This document shows, in pieces, positions 9,208-25,085 of a DNA stretch of 64,000 nucleotides. Every line of letters starts with the position of its first letter. The stretch's first letter is position 1. Below the pieces are notes generated by a model. The model saw only the letters and a program-made list of their open reading frames with translations. It was not told the DNA's origin and did not search any database. The DNA lies in assembly GCF_009914755.1 (NCBI RefSeq), contig NC_060938.1; one strand, given 5' to 3'. The translations under genes and the position numbers were made by a program. This DNA comes from the human T2T-CHM13v2.0 reference genome, Homo sapiens.

Positions 9208-12200
9208 ATGGTGCATGGGGACAGAGGGCATTTCCCAGCCAGGGCTTAGCAAAAGTGTTTGCCACTCAAGAGAAGGGAAGGTGCAAGGTGGGAAAACCAG
9301 TCATCATCCCGAACACAGGATGCCCCATGATGCCAGACCTGTGCCCAAGACCACCCTTGTGCCTTTGAACAGCCTGTCCTCTTCTGCAGATGGACTTGCT
9401 GCTTCCAGGACTGAGATTTCGCACCCAACTGGCTGGGCAACGATAGCCGGGAAAGATACCCCCCACCCCCGGCCCCACACCTTTCTCTATTTCCCTTAAG
9501 GGAAACTACCACTGACTTGGTCTCTGAGCCAGAGAGGGACTGACAGGCTGACCACCTCCTGCAGGGCCACAAGCCTGTCCAGCAGCCCCTGAGAAGGGCT
9601 GAGCTGCCAGACGCAGGAGGTGAGGTGAGATCAGACCCTGAGTGCAGGAAGTAACCGGACCCTGGCTCTCCTGATTCGTCCTGGGCTATTTTTAAGAGTG
9701 GCTGAGAGAGGCCTGGGCCGTGGGGCTGGAGAGTGAGATTACCTTTGCCATGGCTCCGTAAATAAGTCTGCCCCAGAAAGATGAGCCTGAGCAGGCCGAC
9801 CAGCAGGCCCAGCGTTCAAGACAAGATTGATGGCCCCGGGTGCAGAAGAGCAGCGGCTCGACAGCAATTCATCCTGCTTAAAAATGCCATCCCTCCTGTG
9901 GCCATGGCTCAGAGAAGGCAGCAGCCGGGCAGCAGCTCTGCCAGGAATGGGAAGAGATGTATATGTGTGTCTAAATATACAGCTGGAGGGTTTTTGTTTT
10001 TGTTTTTGTTTTGGAAAGAGTCAGGTCCCTGAAAACAAACACCAAGGAAAGATGATTCAGAAATGAAAGTGAGGCCCCTTTCCTTGTGCCCTCTTCCCCT
10101 GCCATGCCCACCCCAGGCCCTGCCCAGATGGCATTCCATCAGAGTCAAGGGGGTCATGGGATGGGCCAGTGCATGCAGGAAGGGAAGCTCTCGGAGAATC
10201 AGGTGTAAGAGGCAGGAAGGAAATAAATAAGAGAACAGGAAAGCTACAGATAGTTAACAAAAAGCAAACACGAAGATATGCCTGTCCAAAACCAGATTTA
10301 ACCCATTCTCGGCGTCACCATGTCTCTTTCCATACTGTTACAACGGCCCTTCAAAGGCCTGGCTATAAAGAGATGACCATGACTGAAAAAAACAGCATAT
10401 GTTGGGGCTCATGGTGGGGACACCTAATTGAATGGGGAGTCATGGAAATGACATTTAAGTTGCTACCTGGGAGGAACTTAGAGATGAGATGATCTGGTCT
10501 CATTTTCAAAGATATAAGTCATCTGCACATCTAGAGTGGCCTTCCATGAGTCACGGAGGACCGCAAATACATGGCTAAAATTAGATCTTAAATTGCACTT
10601 CAGGCCCATCAGTAAACCCAGGAAAAAAGGCATAAGTACTTCCTTGTCCATTCATTCCCTGGCTTACCCACAAGTCCCCCAAAATTCCTTCTCTGAACCC
10701 ACCTGACCCTCGTCAAAGTGTAGGTGGGTCTTCTCTGGTCTCCGTGACTCTGTGCCCAGAGAGGTCCACCTGCCCCATCCATCCATCCACCTGCCCGTCT
10801 AGCAGCTCTAAATGCACAGTCCAGAGTCATCCTTACCTGCCTTCTGCCACCACCGACCCCAGGCTATATTTTGAGTAGGATGGGACCTGAGAAGGCTTGC
10901 CCACAGCTCAGCACTGAAAACCTCATGGGATCACACAGAGGACTCAGCTCACAGAAGGAACATGTACTTATTAATGCATTTCACAATACCACTGATGCAA
11001 CCCACAGCTCCAACCTTCACATCCGCCTTTGAGGTCCGATGCTAGGCTCAGAGCCTCAACCTCATGTGCTATGTCCAGTTACTCCCTGGGTTGGTTAAGA
11101 ACTGAGAAAGCAGTGGTAGCAGCTCCTCTCCCAGCCTGCAGGGTGCTGACGGAGCCCAAGCTAGGACCCATGTCAGCCCTCGCCGAAGCCCCGAGCAGAA
11201 GAGGCAGCTGTTCTCTTTTCTCCATCCTCTAGTCCCCCAACAAAGTAAACAGCATCCTCTCCTCTTCCCTGGGTCATACAAAAGTGAGAAGCAACAAAGC
11301 ACAAAGATCTACTTCCGAAGTGGGAAACCGGGGGAATACAGGGCAACGCAGGGCTGAGGAGCAGGCTGTTGAAATAGCAAGGACACTGTCTTTCTTAAAC
11401 AGTATTGCTCCTTCCACTGTATTGTTATCTTCTCTCTAGCTGTAAGGTTTGACCCCCTCACCTGTTTTCTAGTTTGTCCTGCCCCTTTATGCTACCTCAA
11501 ACCTGCTTTTAACAATTTGGTATTGTGGCAACCCGGTCAGGAGATTAAATCCTGAAGTTTCTCTGGTAATTTTTCTGTCAATCCATCACCAAAAAAGGAA
11601 CATCCTTCCTCTCCCTCTGATCATAATCGCATTGCACATTCACAGGTACCTTAAAGAATAGTCAAATACACAAAAACACATGTGCACACACTCACTAGAA
11701 TGAGAAGCAATAAGACGTGCAGTGCAGAATACTTACTCTAAATCTATCTGCAGCCCTAACCTCCTCCCTACTCTCAAGCTCTAGTCTGGCACCTCCATCT
11801 GCCTACCAGACATTTCCACCTAGAAATTACAGCTCAGTCTCAATATGGCTAAGACTGAGCATGGGGCTACCAGGACAGCAGAACCAGGGAGTTTCAGTAC
11901 CATGGGGTAACGATGTGGCCCAGATAAGCATGCCACCTATGGGTGACCTTTCCAGTCGATGGACACCACCAGCAGTTCCTGGACAAGCCACTTCCCCTCC
12001 CCAGAGCACATTCTGCTTTTTCACACTACAGCTCCCATCCCAACCAAGTCTGGCTATTAGTGCATCACTGATGGACTATGGTTTGGGGTGCTTAAAGTCC
12101 CAAGATTACTACCCATGGTTGCTACTTAGGGATCTCCATGCATCTGCAATATCCTGGTCATTCTGGTCGACTGCTGTTTGGTGAGGCCTTTACCAGACAC

Positions 12201-12522
12201 TTCTACTCCAGTTTCTGTCACCCGGCAGGGGCTTTACATGCCGCAACTTGTCCACTCTCATCATGGAAAAATCTCCTACCAAGAACTGGCTCCAGTTATG
12301 CTGCAGCTGCTGGAATAGGGGTGGGGGTGGATGGGATCATAGCTCCAATAGTTCTTACAGGATTTGGTTGGGGAACAGGTGCTACTCAGCTCTGATGTAG
12401 GGACTGGCCCATCAGCCTTCTATCATAACAACAGTATCTATCAGCACTTCACATCCTGCACAGAGGCAAATGTCCACTGGGAACCATTAAAGGAGAGGGG
12501 AGAGATGATACTCATATACATA

Positions 12523-12602
12523 TCAGGTTGGTACAAAAGTAATTGTGGGTTTTGCCATTACTTTTAATGGTAAAAACCACAATTACTTTTGTAGCAACCT
12601 AA
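12523..12602. mobile_element. MADE1 MITE (Hsmar1-derived, 80 bp)
   Basis: 80-bp palindrome T(C)AGGTTGGTACAAAAGTAATTG...CAATTACTTTTGTAGCAACCTAA flanked by TA on both sides; matches the MADE1 consensus. Confidence 0.93.
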
Positions 12603-12949
12603 TAGTTTTCAAATATTATCCTCTATTGGGATTCTTGGGCTTAATATCTACATTTACAGAAACTTGTGACCCAGTCCTACCTCCTCTTATCTCTCTCAAC
12701 TCACTTCTTTCAAGATAGCCACTGGCCTCTCTCAGAATAAGTAACATTTTATGGCAGTTGAGTTGAAAAGCTGGATGCCCAATTTCCCTTATTCCATGAG
12801 GACTTTTGTAGAATATCTATAGTAACTTCTCACTTCTTTGATGAAAACTGCAGGAGGTAGGTAGAGGTCTCAACATTGTAGTGAGGTCTCAACATTGAAA
12901 ATAGTCAAGAATAGACTGGAATAATTTATTTGACATCATCATTGAAGTG

Positions 12950-13760
12950 ATATTTATAATGTAATAACTGATTCAGAAAAGATTTTAAAAACCCATCAGA
13001 TAATGGGTTGATGGGTGAACTTTACAATGGAGGGATCAAGTTTTCAACAACTGAACTCACTGATCAATCTTAGTATCACCAAGAACAGGACAATTAGACA
13101 CATGTGTCTCCTGACATGGTGCAACATGAAGGACATCATGACCTATGACGTTCTTGCCAAAAAAGTTGAACCTGAATTTATTAATAATTAAGCTTTAGAG
13201 CTAATTTCCCATTTATAGGAATTACAGGAAATCAAGATAAATAACAACTTGAGGAAGCAAAGAAACAAACCCAGAATGTAGGGCATTCTGCAGACAACTG
13301 ACTCAGCTTCTTCAACAAGTTAGAGGCTTTAAAACAGACAAAAAAGAGGCAGAGAGTGAGGACTGCTGTAAATCAAGAGAGACTCAGGAGATGTAATAAT
13401 CAAATATAATGCACCTTGTTTGGATCTTGAATTTAAAAAACCACATTTTTGAGGCAATCAGGGGTATCTGAATTACAGACTCAATATTGATTGGTACCTA
13501 GGAATTAGTCAATTGTGTTAGATGTGATCATGGCATTATGGTTATGTAAGAAAATGAATTTTTGTTTTGCAATGCTCAAAAAGGTAGTGGGGGACAAGAC
13601 ATGATGTCTGGGATTTGCTTAAATGTGCTTCAGCAAAATAAGAAGCAGCTTATTGACTTGGAGTGATCTACTTATGGGGGTTCTTGATTCTATTCTACTT
13701 TTATACACGCTTGAAATTTTGTATAATAAAAACTTTGATAAAATTGGCAATTAATAATAA
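12950..13760 (+). mobile_element. Ancient L1M 3'UTR-like fragment
   Basis: A-rich degenerate segment ending TTGAAATTTTGTATAATAAAAA. Confidence 0.5.
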
Positions 13761-14348
13761 ATTAAACTTGTAAAATACAGTCATATGCCTTAGGCACAAC
13801 TGGAACCTAGAATAAAAGTCAACCCCTTCCCATGGTCCTAAGGCCCTTCCCATTTTCTCCAAGATCATCTCCCCACACCCCCTATAGGTAACCTGCCAGC
13901 CTTCTTTCAGTTCTTCAAACTTGAAATGTCCTCCCCAGCTCAGGGGTCTTGTGCATGCCATGCCCTCTGCCCCAGACACTTCCTGGAGCATCTCTGCATG
14001 TCTGGCTCCTTCTCATTCCTCAGATCTCTTCTCAGATGTCGCTTCCTTGTGGAAGTCCTCCCTGGTCACCCTCTCTAAGGTAGCTCCCCGCTCTGTTAGC
14101 CTCAGTCTTTTTGACACTCTGCTTAACTCTATAGAACTTATCATAATTGTAATTATTCATGTATCTGTCTGTTTCCTCTTTTTTTTTTCTTTTCCTCTCA
14201 GTGCCTAGACCACAGGCTCCTTATAGGCATCAGCCATGTCTGCCTTTTTCATTATTGTACTCCAGTGCCTAGTACTGGGCCTGGGACTTAGTAGGTACTC
14301 AATAAATATTATCCTGTTCCTACAGACCTGATCTCAAACTCTGGAGTC

Positions 14349-14389
<41 letters not shown>

Positions 14390-14481
14390 TTATTTTATTT
14401 TTTGAGATGGAATTTCACTCTTGTTGCTCATGCTGGAGTGCAGTGGCACGATCTTGGCTCACTGCAACCTCTGCCTTCTGG
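14349..14481 (-). mobile_element. 5'-truncated Alu with (TTA)n tail
   Basis: Right-monomer 3' end plus (TTA)n; CTGGAG(T/C)CTT flanks resemble a TSD. Confidence 0.85.
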
Positions 14482-15384
14482 AGCCTTTTTAAAGCCCTCT
14501 ATCCCACCATATTCCCTGACCCACGCACTCAGTTATCCCATGTACATGTATTGAGTGTTTATTCAATATTTATTCATCACCAAGGTCAGTCATTAAGCCT
14601 CTGAAAGGGTCTTTTGTTCGTCATTTCTTTATGTTTTAAAGCTCTACTTCACTCAGGCCCTCATCTCTTCCCACTTGGTCCATCTCTGTCCGTGCTCAGC
14701 CCCTTCACAGTCCCTCCTGCACGGCCCCTCATGCTGACACACCCCTACCCTGTAAGCTTTCAGCAGTACAGTCCAATTCTAAGCCCTGCACCATTTGGTG
14801 CTGAGCTCACACTCTCTTTTATGTGAACTCTGCTCTAGTCAGGAGGGTTCACATGGCCCCTGTCCCCACCATGGTGTCATGTGCCTTGACAACTTTATTT
14901 ATGTCACATCCCATACCCTGATATTTTAGCTACCTCTCCCATCCCCTTAAAATTTAAAACAAATACAATTTTCAAATATTTAGAAACACATGTATAACAT
15001 GTTCTCAGAATCTGAGTGAGGTTGCCTTTTCCCTCCTATCCAACCCCATAGATCCCCCACTGCTTCTTTTCCCCCTCAAGTGGAGGGGGCAGGCAAGATG
15101 GGCTCAGGGAAAGCTGGTGGTGACCCATGCACCAACTCCCCCTCCTCAGTCTCACTTCCTCTCCACCAACCTCACTGCCACTTCCTCCCCACCAACCTCA
15201 CTGTCACTGCCAAGGGAGGTCAGATCTTTGCATTCCTTCCTGCTGCCCATTCCTCAAATCCTGGGAGAAACATGAATCTCTAGCTTTTTCTCTTTTCCGC
15301 CTTCACTTTAACATGCACAAGTCTTTCCTATCTTCAGCAAAACTCCTTCTTACCATCTTCTCTCTCCTTTCTTTCAGAGCCAAA

Positions 15385-16030
15385 ATTATTGACAAAGTTG
15401 CCAAGGACATGAACGGGTAATTCATAGTAGTGAAAACCTAAAAAGCTAAAACCCTAAGAAGAGATACTCAAGCCCATGAGTAACCTGAGAAATGCAGATT
15501 AAAACAAGGAGACCCCACAGGCAAACATTAGCAAGCTGGGTCATGCTGAATATAGATGCTGATGTGGAAAGGGGCTGCCCTGTGCACTACTGGTGGGAGT
15601 GTGGACTGGCCCAGCCATTCTGGCGGGCTGTCTGCCAGGACTCAGGCAGGCTAAGTGTGGCTCTGCTCACACGGGCCTAGAAGGGGACATATGCAAGAAT
15701 GTTTACTGAGGCATTGATTGTGGTGGCGGGGAGGTGGAAATAACCTGTGCGTCCACCACTGGGGCAGGGACAGGTAAAATGCAGTGAATGAACACGTGGA
15801 GGGCACATGGCAATGCTGGAGGATCATAGAAACAGTGCTGAACAAAATACACAGGAAACAGAATGAGATCTATAACATCATTTACATAATTAAAAAATAT
15901 ATGCATGTAAGCCAATACCCATACAAGGACATATGCAAATTAAAGGAAAACTCTTAAACACATAAAAATGGTTGTTTTTAGGTGGAGTGAAGGGAATAGA
16001 AAAGGAAAATGGAAATAAAAGGAAATCAAT
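15385..16030 (+). mobile_element. Ancient L1M fragment
   Basis: Degenerate L1 3' motifs (GCCAAGGACATGAAC, GAAATGCAGATTAAAACA). Confidence 0.55.
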
Positions 16031-16149
16031 CCATCAACCAACCACAGAGAAGGGCCTTGGCTGGAAAATGATGATGAACTGAGAAGTATGATGACCTCAG
16101 CCCTCCTCTCCAGAGATAAACATAGATACAGTGTACTTATCTATATTCA

Positions 16150-17830
16150 TGGTAGCTTCTAGCTTCTTCATCCCATCCTCAAGTCACTCAACTCACTGAA
16201 ATCTGGCTTCCGCCCTCACTCCATGAAGCTATTCTTGCCAAAAGTCACTGATACCTCCCTTCCTTGTTACTTAAAGCAGGAGATGCTTTTCAGGTCTTAT
16301 CTTACTTAGCATCATTAGGCTCTGTTGGCCATTCCAAAATTTTCTGAAATCATTTCCTTTGTCTTCCAAGACACGCTCCTTGTTCCCTTCTTAACTTTGT
16401 GGCCCTTCCTCCTTTGCCTGCTCTGTGGGCTACTCTTCCTTGGCCTGTCTCTTAAATAGTGATGCTCCCAAGTTATCTCCTGGGCCCCTCCACTTCTTCC
16501 TCTGTCTACACACTGTTCCTAGGCTATTTTCTTCACTCCCATGACTTGAATTACCATCTTATGCTAATGACTTTCAAATCTTCTGAACCCATCGTGTCCA
16601 ACTGCCTTCAGAACATCCACCTAAGAAGGCCCACAAGCCCCTCATGTTCACCCTAACCCCCAGTGGAATCTATCCTCATCCTTTTCCCATTTTTCCTGCC
16701 ATGCTTCCTATCTGTCAACATCCCAGCGGCCCAAACCAAAACCTCAGATCATGCTCCATGCCCTTCTTCCCTCTCATCACACCAGCCCCTTTGCTATCTC
16801 TCCAATCTCTGTTCTTCTCTATCTCCACCGCTCCCCACACTTCTGGCCACTGCCTTCTCAAGTCTAGTGGTTTCTGCTGGTCTTTGTATCTATATTTGCT
16901 CTTTGGCCTACTAAACTAGCCCATTTTCTACACTGAGGCCAGACAGGCCATCCTAGAATACAAAGACGACATCACTTACGTACTTTAACAGCTCTTCTCT
17001 ATCTCAGAAGGAAGTTTAAAACCCATAATAAATCACAGACAAAGCCCTTTGTGATCTAGTCCCTCCCTGATTACTATTTCCATCCAATCCTTCCCCCCAG
17101 CTTCTCCAATACTACATCTAGCCATAGGAACTCCATTCAGGTCCCCGGCTCTCTCTGGACATGTTCTTTGCACATGCTGTTTCCTAAGCCCGAAAAATCC
17201 TCGCTCCTTTACAGAATAACTTCTTCTCTGTCAGAACTCAGCCCAGCCTCATTTCCTTCAAGAAACCTCCCACCTCTGCTGGGCGCGGTGGCTCACGCCC
17301 ATAATCCGAGCACTTTGGGAGTCCGAAGCGGGTGGATCACCTGAGGTTGGCAGTTCGAGACCAGGCTGGCCAACATGGTGAAACAGAGGCTCTACTAAAA
17401 ATACAAAAATTAGCTGGGCATGGTGGCGCACACCTGTAGTCCCAGCTACTCAGGAAGGCAGAGGTGGGAGAATTACTTGAACCTGGGAGGCAGAGGTTGC
17501 AGTGAGCCAAGATTGGGCCTTTGTACCCAGCCTGGGTGACAGAGCAAGAGTCCATCTCAAAAAAAAAAAAAAAGAAAAGAAACCTCCCACGTCTACCACC
17601 ATCCCCTGCAGTAGGTGGAGGTGGGGTGTTTCTTTTGTGTTCCCATCACTCTCATGCTCATCTTCATCAATGCACTTGCCATACTGTAGCATCATAATCT
17701 AGTTCTCTGTCTCTCCCAGACTGTAAGCTACCTGAGGTCAGGGACCATCCATATTCATTCTTCTTATCCCAACAGCCCAGCATAATGCCAGGTACATGAA
17801 ATAAGCTAAAGATCGTTTGTTGAATAAATG
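16150..17830 (+). mobile_element. L2 relic interrupted by Alu
   Basis: Pyrimidine-rich L2-like sequence ending GTTTGTTGAATAAATGGATGA. Confidence 0.65.
17277..17576 (+). mobile_element. Alu (S-like)
   Basis: Full length, A-tail, TSD AAGAAACCTCCCAC. Confidence 0.95.
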
Positions 17831-17970
17831 GATGAGAACTGAGAAATGCAGAGTGCTGCTCCTTAAGAGGATAAAAGCAGTTCCCACCGAGGACACACCA
17901 TGTGGAGGCCCATTTGGAGGTCAAGGTGGTGAGAAGGTTGGAAGCATAGCATGTTGCAGTAGCACCGTGA

Positions 17971-18869
<899 letters not shown>

Positions 18870-19257
18870 TAGTTGAGAAGTCTTTTATAGTTTCTTTCTC
18901 GTGTCACAGAAATGTCAGTCTTAGAATGGTTTCCATCCATACATATTTGCCTCACAAACAAAAAGAGCTATTTTAAAAGTCTAACCTATAAATAATATAT
19001 AAGTTATGGGTGCCAATTTATTTATTCATCCATGTTAGAGCTTTCAAAAGAATTAAGTGAAAATTCATCTTTTAAAAGTTGCTTGGGCCCACAAGGACTC
19101 CTGAGGGAACAGGTGCTGGCTAGAGGTTTTCTCATCCCTGGCCGGCATGCCTAGCCTGACTCAGTGGGGCTGTCCTCTGGGAACATTTGGGAACGTGCCT
19201 GCAAGAGGCAGCTTTGGTATTGAGCAAAATTAAGTCCAGCTTCTTCAGGCCCTGTAG

Positions 19258-19554
<297 letters not shown>

Positions 19555-19984
19555 CAGAGTCAGTTCTTGGTATGCACAATCTCCCAGGTCTGCAGGGAGA
19601 GCAGCACTCTACCACTAGAGTCGATTCAGCCCTGTGCTGGGCTCTGCTGACAGGCAGCCACTAGTTACCAGCTCCTGCTGTCGCTCTGCTGCTCAGGAGG
19701 GATATTTGGCTCTTTATAGGATTGTGTGGCAGAGCTCAGAGCTAGAAAGGGAATCTGGAACATACTAAGGCCTTTATGTATATTGTTCCATTGAATACCC
19801 ACCCACACTCACAAACTGTTAGATATTATTGTTATTACTGCCATTATTATTCCCATTCTATCTAAGCAGAAGACCTAAGTTGAAATCCTGTCCTACTTAG
19901 CAGTGATGTGTTCTTCTATAGTTCACTTAATGACTCTGTATCTCAGTTTCCCTACCTGTAAAAGGAGGGGAACATCCCGTGCTA

Positions 19985-20349
19985 CTGTGGGAGAGACTGG
20001 TGGGGTCTACCAGTATCAATATTCTGCTTTCTGCACACACAGCTTGGAGACATCTTCCAGTTGCCTTTGTGGTTAGGTGAGGCTGTGAGGTCGAATGAGC
20101 AGAAATGATGTGCACCACTTCAAGGCCTTAGCCATAAAATCTTCCCCATAATTCTTACTCTTTGCTCTAAATTCCTAGGACCTAGAGGATGGGGCCATAA
20201 GGTGGAAGGAACCAAATGTCCTGGATGACTGTTGGGAGCGTAGCCTCCCCCTCTATTTACACTGATTTACTAACCTATGATTTGGGCAAAAAATAAAATT
20301 TCATTTTGGAGTTCTTTACTGGAGCAGTTAGGGTGCCCTAATTAATACA
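19985..20349 (+). mobile_element. MLT1-like MaLR LTR relic
   Basis: GAATGAGCAGAAATGATGTGCACCACTTC motif and 3' end ...CCCTAATTAATACA. Confidence 0.6.
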
Positions 20350-21602
20350 CTCGCCACCTAACACATAAAGCTGCTGCACAGATTAAATGAAGTTATATGA
20401 AAATAATGTATAAACTGTATAGTACCAGATTGCCCCAGGGTATTATTTACAAATAACATGCAGTGTCTCTCGGTACTGAGTTTGTGGGTCTGCTCAATAC
20501 GCTGTCAAGGCAAAACAAAAAAAAGGGTACGGTCGGTGGGGTTTATTGTCATTTCCCCATTGCCCCTTCTGTGACCCTCTTTCTCCTTTGTCCCTGCCTC
20601 AAGCATCCCTGCACTCCTAACCTCCAAGTTGAATGACCCAAGCAGTGCTCCTTCAGACCTAGCGGCCATCCTACTTCGAAACAAACTTGACTTTGACAAC
20701 CTAATTTCCTTTCGTTGTAAACTCCTTGAAGGGAAGGATGCCATTCTCACCCTGGAGGTCTTAAAAGTGCCTTGCACATGGTAGGTACTCAATTAGTACA
20801 TGTTAATTGGATGGAACAGATGTAACTATCCACCTTCCTAAGGAGCCAGAGTATCCCTCTCAGGGAACACATCTGAATAAAGGCCTATGGAAATATAATA
20901 CATTACTCAAAGGAGGTATGTCTTTTGAGAGAGGAAATTTAGGAGCCAAACCAGGCCAATGGGTGAGAAACGGCTGGTCAGACAGGCTATTCAGCACCTT
21001 CAAATCATGCAAGAAAGGCAACTGTCTATTGCAGCTACAGAGATAATGAGCTCTGCCCAGAGAATCCCTGAAAGATGCAAACTTCTCAATGTACAACTTG
21101 TGCTAAGAGGCAGACCCTTGGCAGGGAGAAGAAGCTGTCCAAGGTTAAAGAAAGTGGTGGGGAGGGTGTCAGAATGAAGCCCAGATTTCCTGTCTCTTGG
21201 AGGCTCAGACCTCTTAGTCTCATTGCTGGCCTCTTCATAACCAAGAGATTTGATAAATTTTCCAACCCTATTCTAGCATCTTGTATTTAATTATGGAATC
21301 AAGACAAGTACTCACAAGTAGGTTGACACTTTTATCTATTCATGAATTCAACTATTTACTCAACAACAGCACCCTACAGCCTATTACATCCTTACCTATA
21401 AATATAAGACAATATGGGCAAGATCTAAAAACATTAAAGAAAGAAACCAAAGATCTAAATAAATAGGGAAATATACCATGCCTAGGGATTGGAAGAATCA
21501 ATATTGTTAAGATGTCACTTCTCTCTAAACTGATCTATAAATTCAAAGCAATGCCAGTCAAAATCCCAGGAGAACTTTTTTTGAGAAATCAACAAGCTGA
21601 TT

Positions 21603-21920
<318 letters not shown>

Positions 21921-22860
21921 AACAAGCTGATTTTTAAAATTTCTATGGAAAGGCAAAGAAAATAGAATAGACAAAGCCATTTTGAAAGAAGAACAAAACT
22001 GGAGGACTTACATTACCTGATTTCAAGACTTACCACAAAGCTACAGTCATCAAGATAGAATAGTATGGCAAGAAGATAGACATATATATCAACGGAATAG
22101 AGTCCAGAGATAGATTGACATATATGGCCAATTATTTCCAACAGAGGTACAAAAACAACTTGATGGAGAAAGGATAGTCTTTTTAACAAATTCCGCTGGA
22201 ACAACTGGACATCCATATGCAAAAAAAGTGAACCTTGACCCATACCACATACCATATACAGAAATTAATTCAAAATGGATTATTGATCTAAATATAAAAC
22301 CTACAGCCATAAAATTTCCAGAAAAAAAATCAGAAGAAAATCTTTGTGGCATTCGGTTAAGCAAAATATTTTAAACACTAAAAGTATAATCCATAAAAGA
22401 TCAGGTATCATAAAAGAAAGATTTGATCAATTTGACCATCAAAATTAAAAATGTATGAAAATACAAGCCACGGACTAGCTGGAATGTTTGCAAAACATGT
22501 ATCTGATAAAGTAGTTGTATTCAGAATATATAAAAAACTCAAAACTCATCAATAAGAAAAATCTCAATTTAAAATGAGCAAAAGATTTGTACAGACGCTT
22601 TACCAAAAAAAGAAATATAATAGCAAATAAGCACATGAAAGTGTGCTCAAATTCATTCGTCATTAGGAAAATGTAAATTAAAACCACAATTAGACACCAC
22701 TCTATACCTATCAGAACGGCTTTAAAAAAAAAACAATTCTGCAGTTTCTTATAAAATTAAACATACCATATTTACCATATGACTCAGCAATTGCATTGAC
22801 AGGTATTACCTGAGAGAAATGAAAACATGTTCACATAAAAGCCTCTATGCAAACATTTAG

Positions 22861-23154
<294 letters not shown>

Positions 23155-25085
23155 CTATGCAAATATTTATAGTGGCTTTATTTATTCTGACTAAAAATTG
23201 GAAACAATAGATAAACCAATTGTGGTACACTTACAAAACGGACTACTACTCAGTGGTAAAAAGGCAAGAATTGATATATGCACAACATGAATGTATCACA
23301 GATGCATTCTGCTAAGCAAAAGAAGCTGGACTCAACAGGCTGCTCACTGTCTGATTAAATGCATACGCTGTCCTAGAAAAGGCAAAACTATAGGGACAGG
23401 AAATAAATCAGTGGTTGCCAGGGGTTAGGATTGTAGGGTTGGGGAAACGAGTTGACAGAAAGGAGCATGAGGGAATTTTGGAGGCTGATTTTGATGATGG
23501 TGATACAACTATATATATTTGTCAAAACCTATAGAAATTTACACTAAAAATAGTGAATTTTACTGTATGTAAATTATGCTTTGATAGACCTAAAAGCAAC
23601 ATATTAAAACTAAAATTATAAATAAACATAAATGAAAAGATTAAAAGCAAATAATTATGAAGCACCTGGCAGTCCCATTGCCATAAACTGCTCTGATGAG
23701 AAAAATGTAGAATTATTATAATTTATTTTTAAATAATGCAAGAGTTTTCTTGAGCAAGGTTCTATAATGGAATTTTATGAATTCTTTCCTGAGGTAGCCT
23801 AACACGTGGTACAAATAATGATACAACAAGATAGAGCTATGCAAGTGTCAAGAGAGAGGCATAAATAAGTGCCATAGAATTTCAGAGGCAGAGAGAATAC
23901 TTTAAGCTATAGAAATTAAAGAAGCCTTCATGGAAGAGATGGCATCTGAGTTGGGTGCTGATAAAAGGGAATGATGATCTTTATTGTCTATGTAAACAAT
24001 GTCTATCAGAAAGTTATCTCCTGCAATTTCTCCCTGATCCTCTTATGACCCTGTGAGACAGGTGGGAAAGGTACTATTAATTTCAGTTTCAGTTAAACAA
24101 ACTAAGACTTAGAGATCAAGTTCCTTTCTTGGCAGAACCAACGCTTGAACTCATGTCTTCTGAGAGTTTGTTATATACTCTGCTCCATGATGTACCCATT
24201 CAGAGGAAAAGCTGTGCCTTTTCAGAAGATGGGGAAAGACTGCCAATGGTCCATTTCCACCTTAGGATCCCTCCAAGTGAATCAGCTACTTCTCACCTTT
24301 CTCCTGGCCATTGAGAATACTCCACGAGGCTAACATCCTTATTTGAGCCTTTCCTGCTTATGAAAGCAAAAGCCAAGAGAGCAAAGACTTTTTGTGACAT
24401 TCGTTTAGATTCACGCTTTAAAGGTCTCAAAGCATCTTTTATAAATACTAAAAAAGCAAAAGTCTTGAAAGTTACAAGGACTGCCGCAAATGCATGGTTA
24501 AATACGTAATCCAGAAATCATGTAAGATGCAACCTCAGAACTTGTGGAGTGAATTATTAAAGCTGCACTCATTTTTGCAGTGGACCAGTTCCCAGAAAGA
24601 ACTATGAGGCTATTCTAAGAAGCCTCTTGCTACCTGAAGGAGCGAACCTATTCACACACCTCACCTGGCTGAGCTGTGACCCACAGAGCCCTTTCTTCAC
24701 CATCCCTTCACCATCCCCACACACTTACTGAGCTCCTTACTTCTGGAGTCTGTCAATGTGATCAACACTGGGCTACACAGAAGGGAGATCAGCAATAGAG
24801 CAGAGTCCTCAAGGGAGGAGACCACAGGACAGAGAGGTGGATAGGGCCTGTACGACTTGCTGCTATTGCCATACAAGACAGTACCATTATAAACATCAAT
24901 TTAATTAACCAAATATTTCCCAAAGGGATGTTATATATGTGTTCCTTAGCCTCAAGGAGCTTATAGTCAGGAAGGTAATTTAAACATTTCTTATCGGCAC
25001 AGCTGGAAAAACTGCTTTTCTCTGTGCTCCAGTTTCCTCACCCAGTTAAAAGTAAATTTCTCCAGCTATGAAGCTATTGTCATTG

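Noticed and set aside
8936-9499. 187-aa ORF with 20-aa repeats
   Set aside because: Product of the 60-bp minisatellite, TTG start, antisense to SPTB, no recognisable domain.
12864-12897. Short tandem duplications (GAGGTCTCAACATTG x2; also a 26-bp period at 15153-15208)
   Set aside because: Ordinary slippage duplications with no sign of function.
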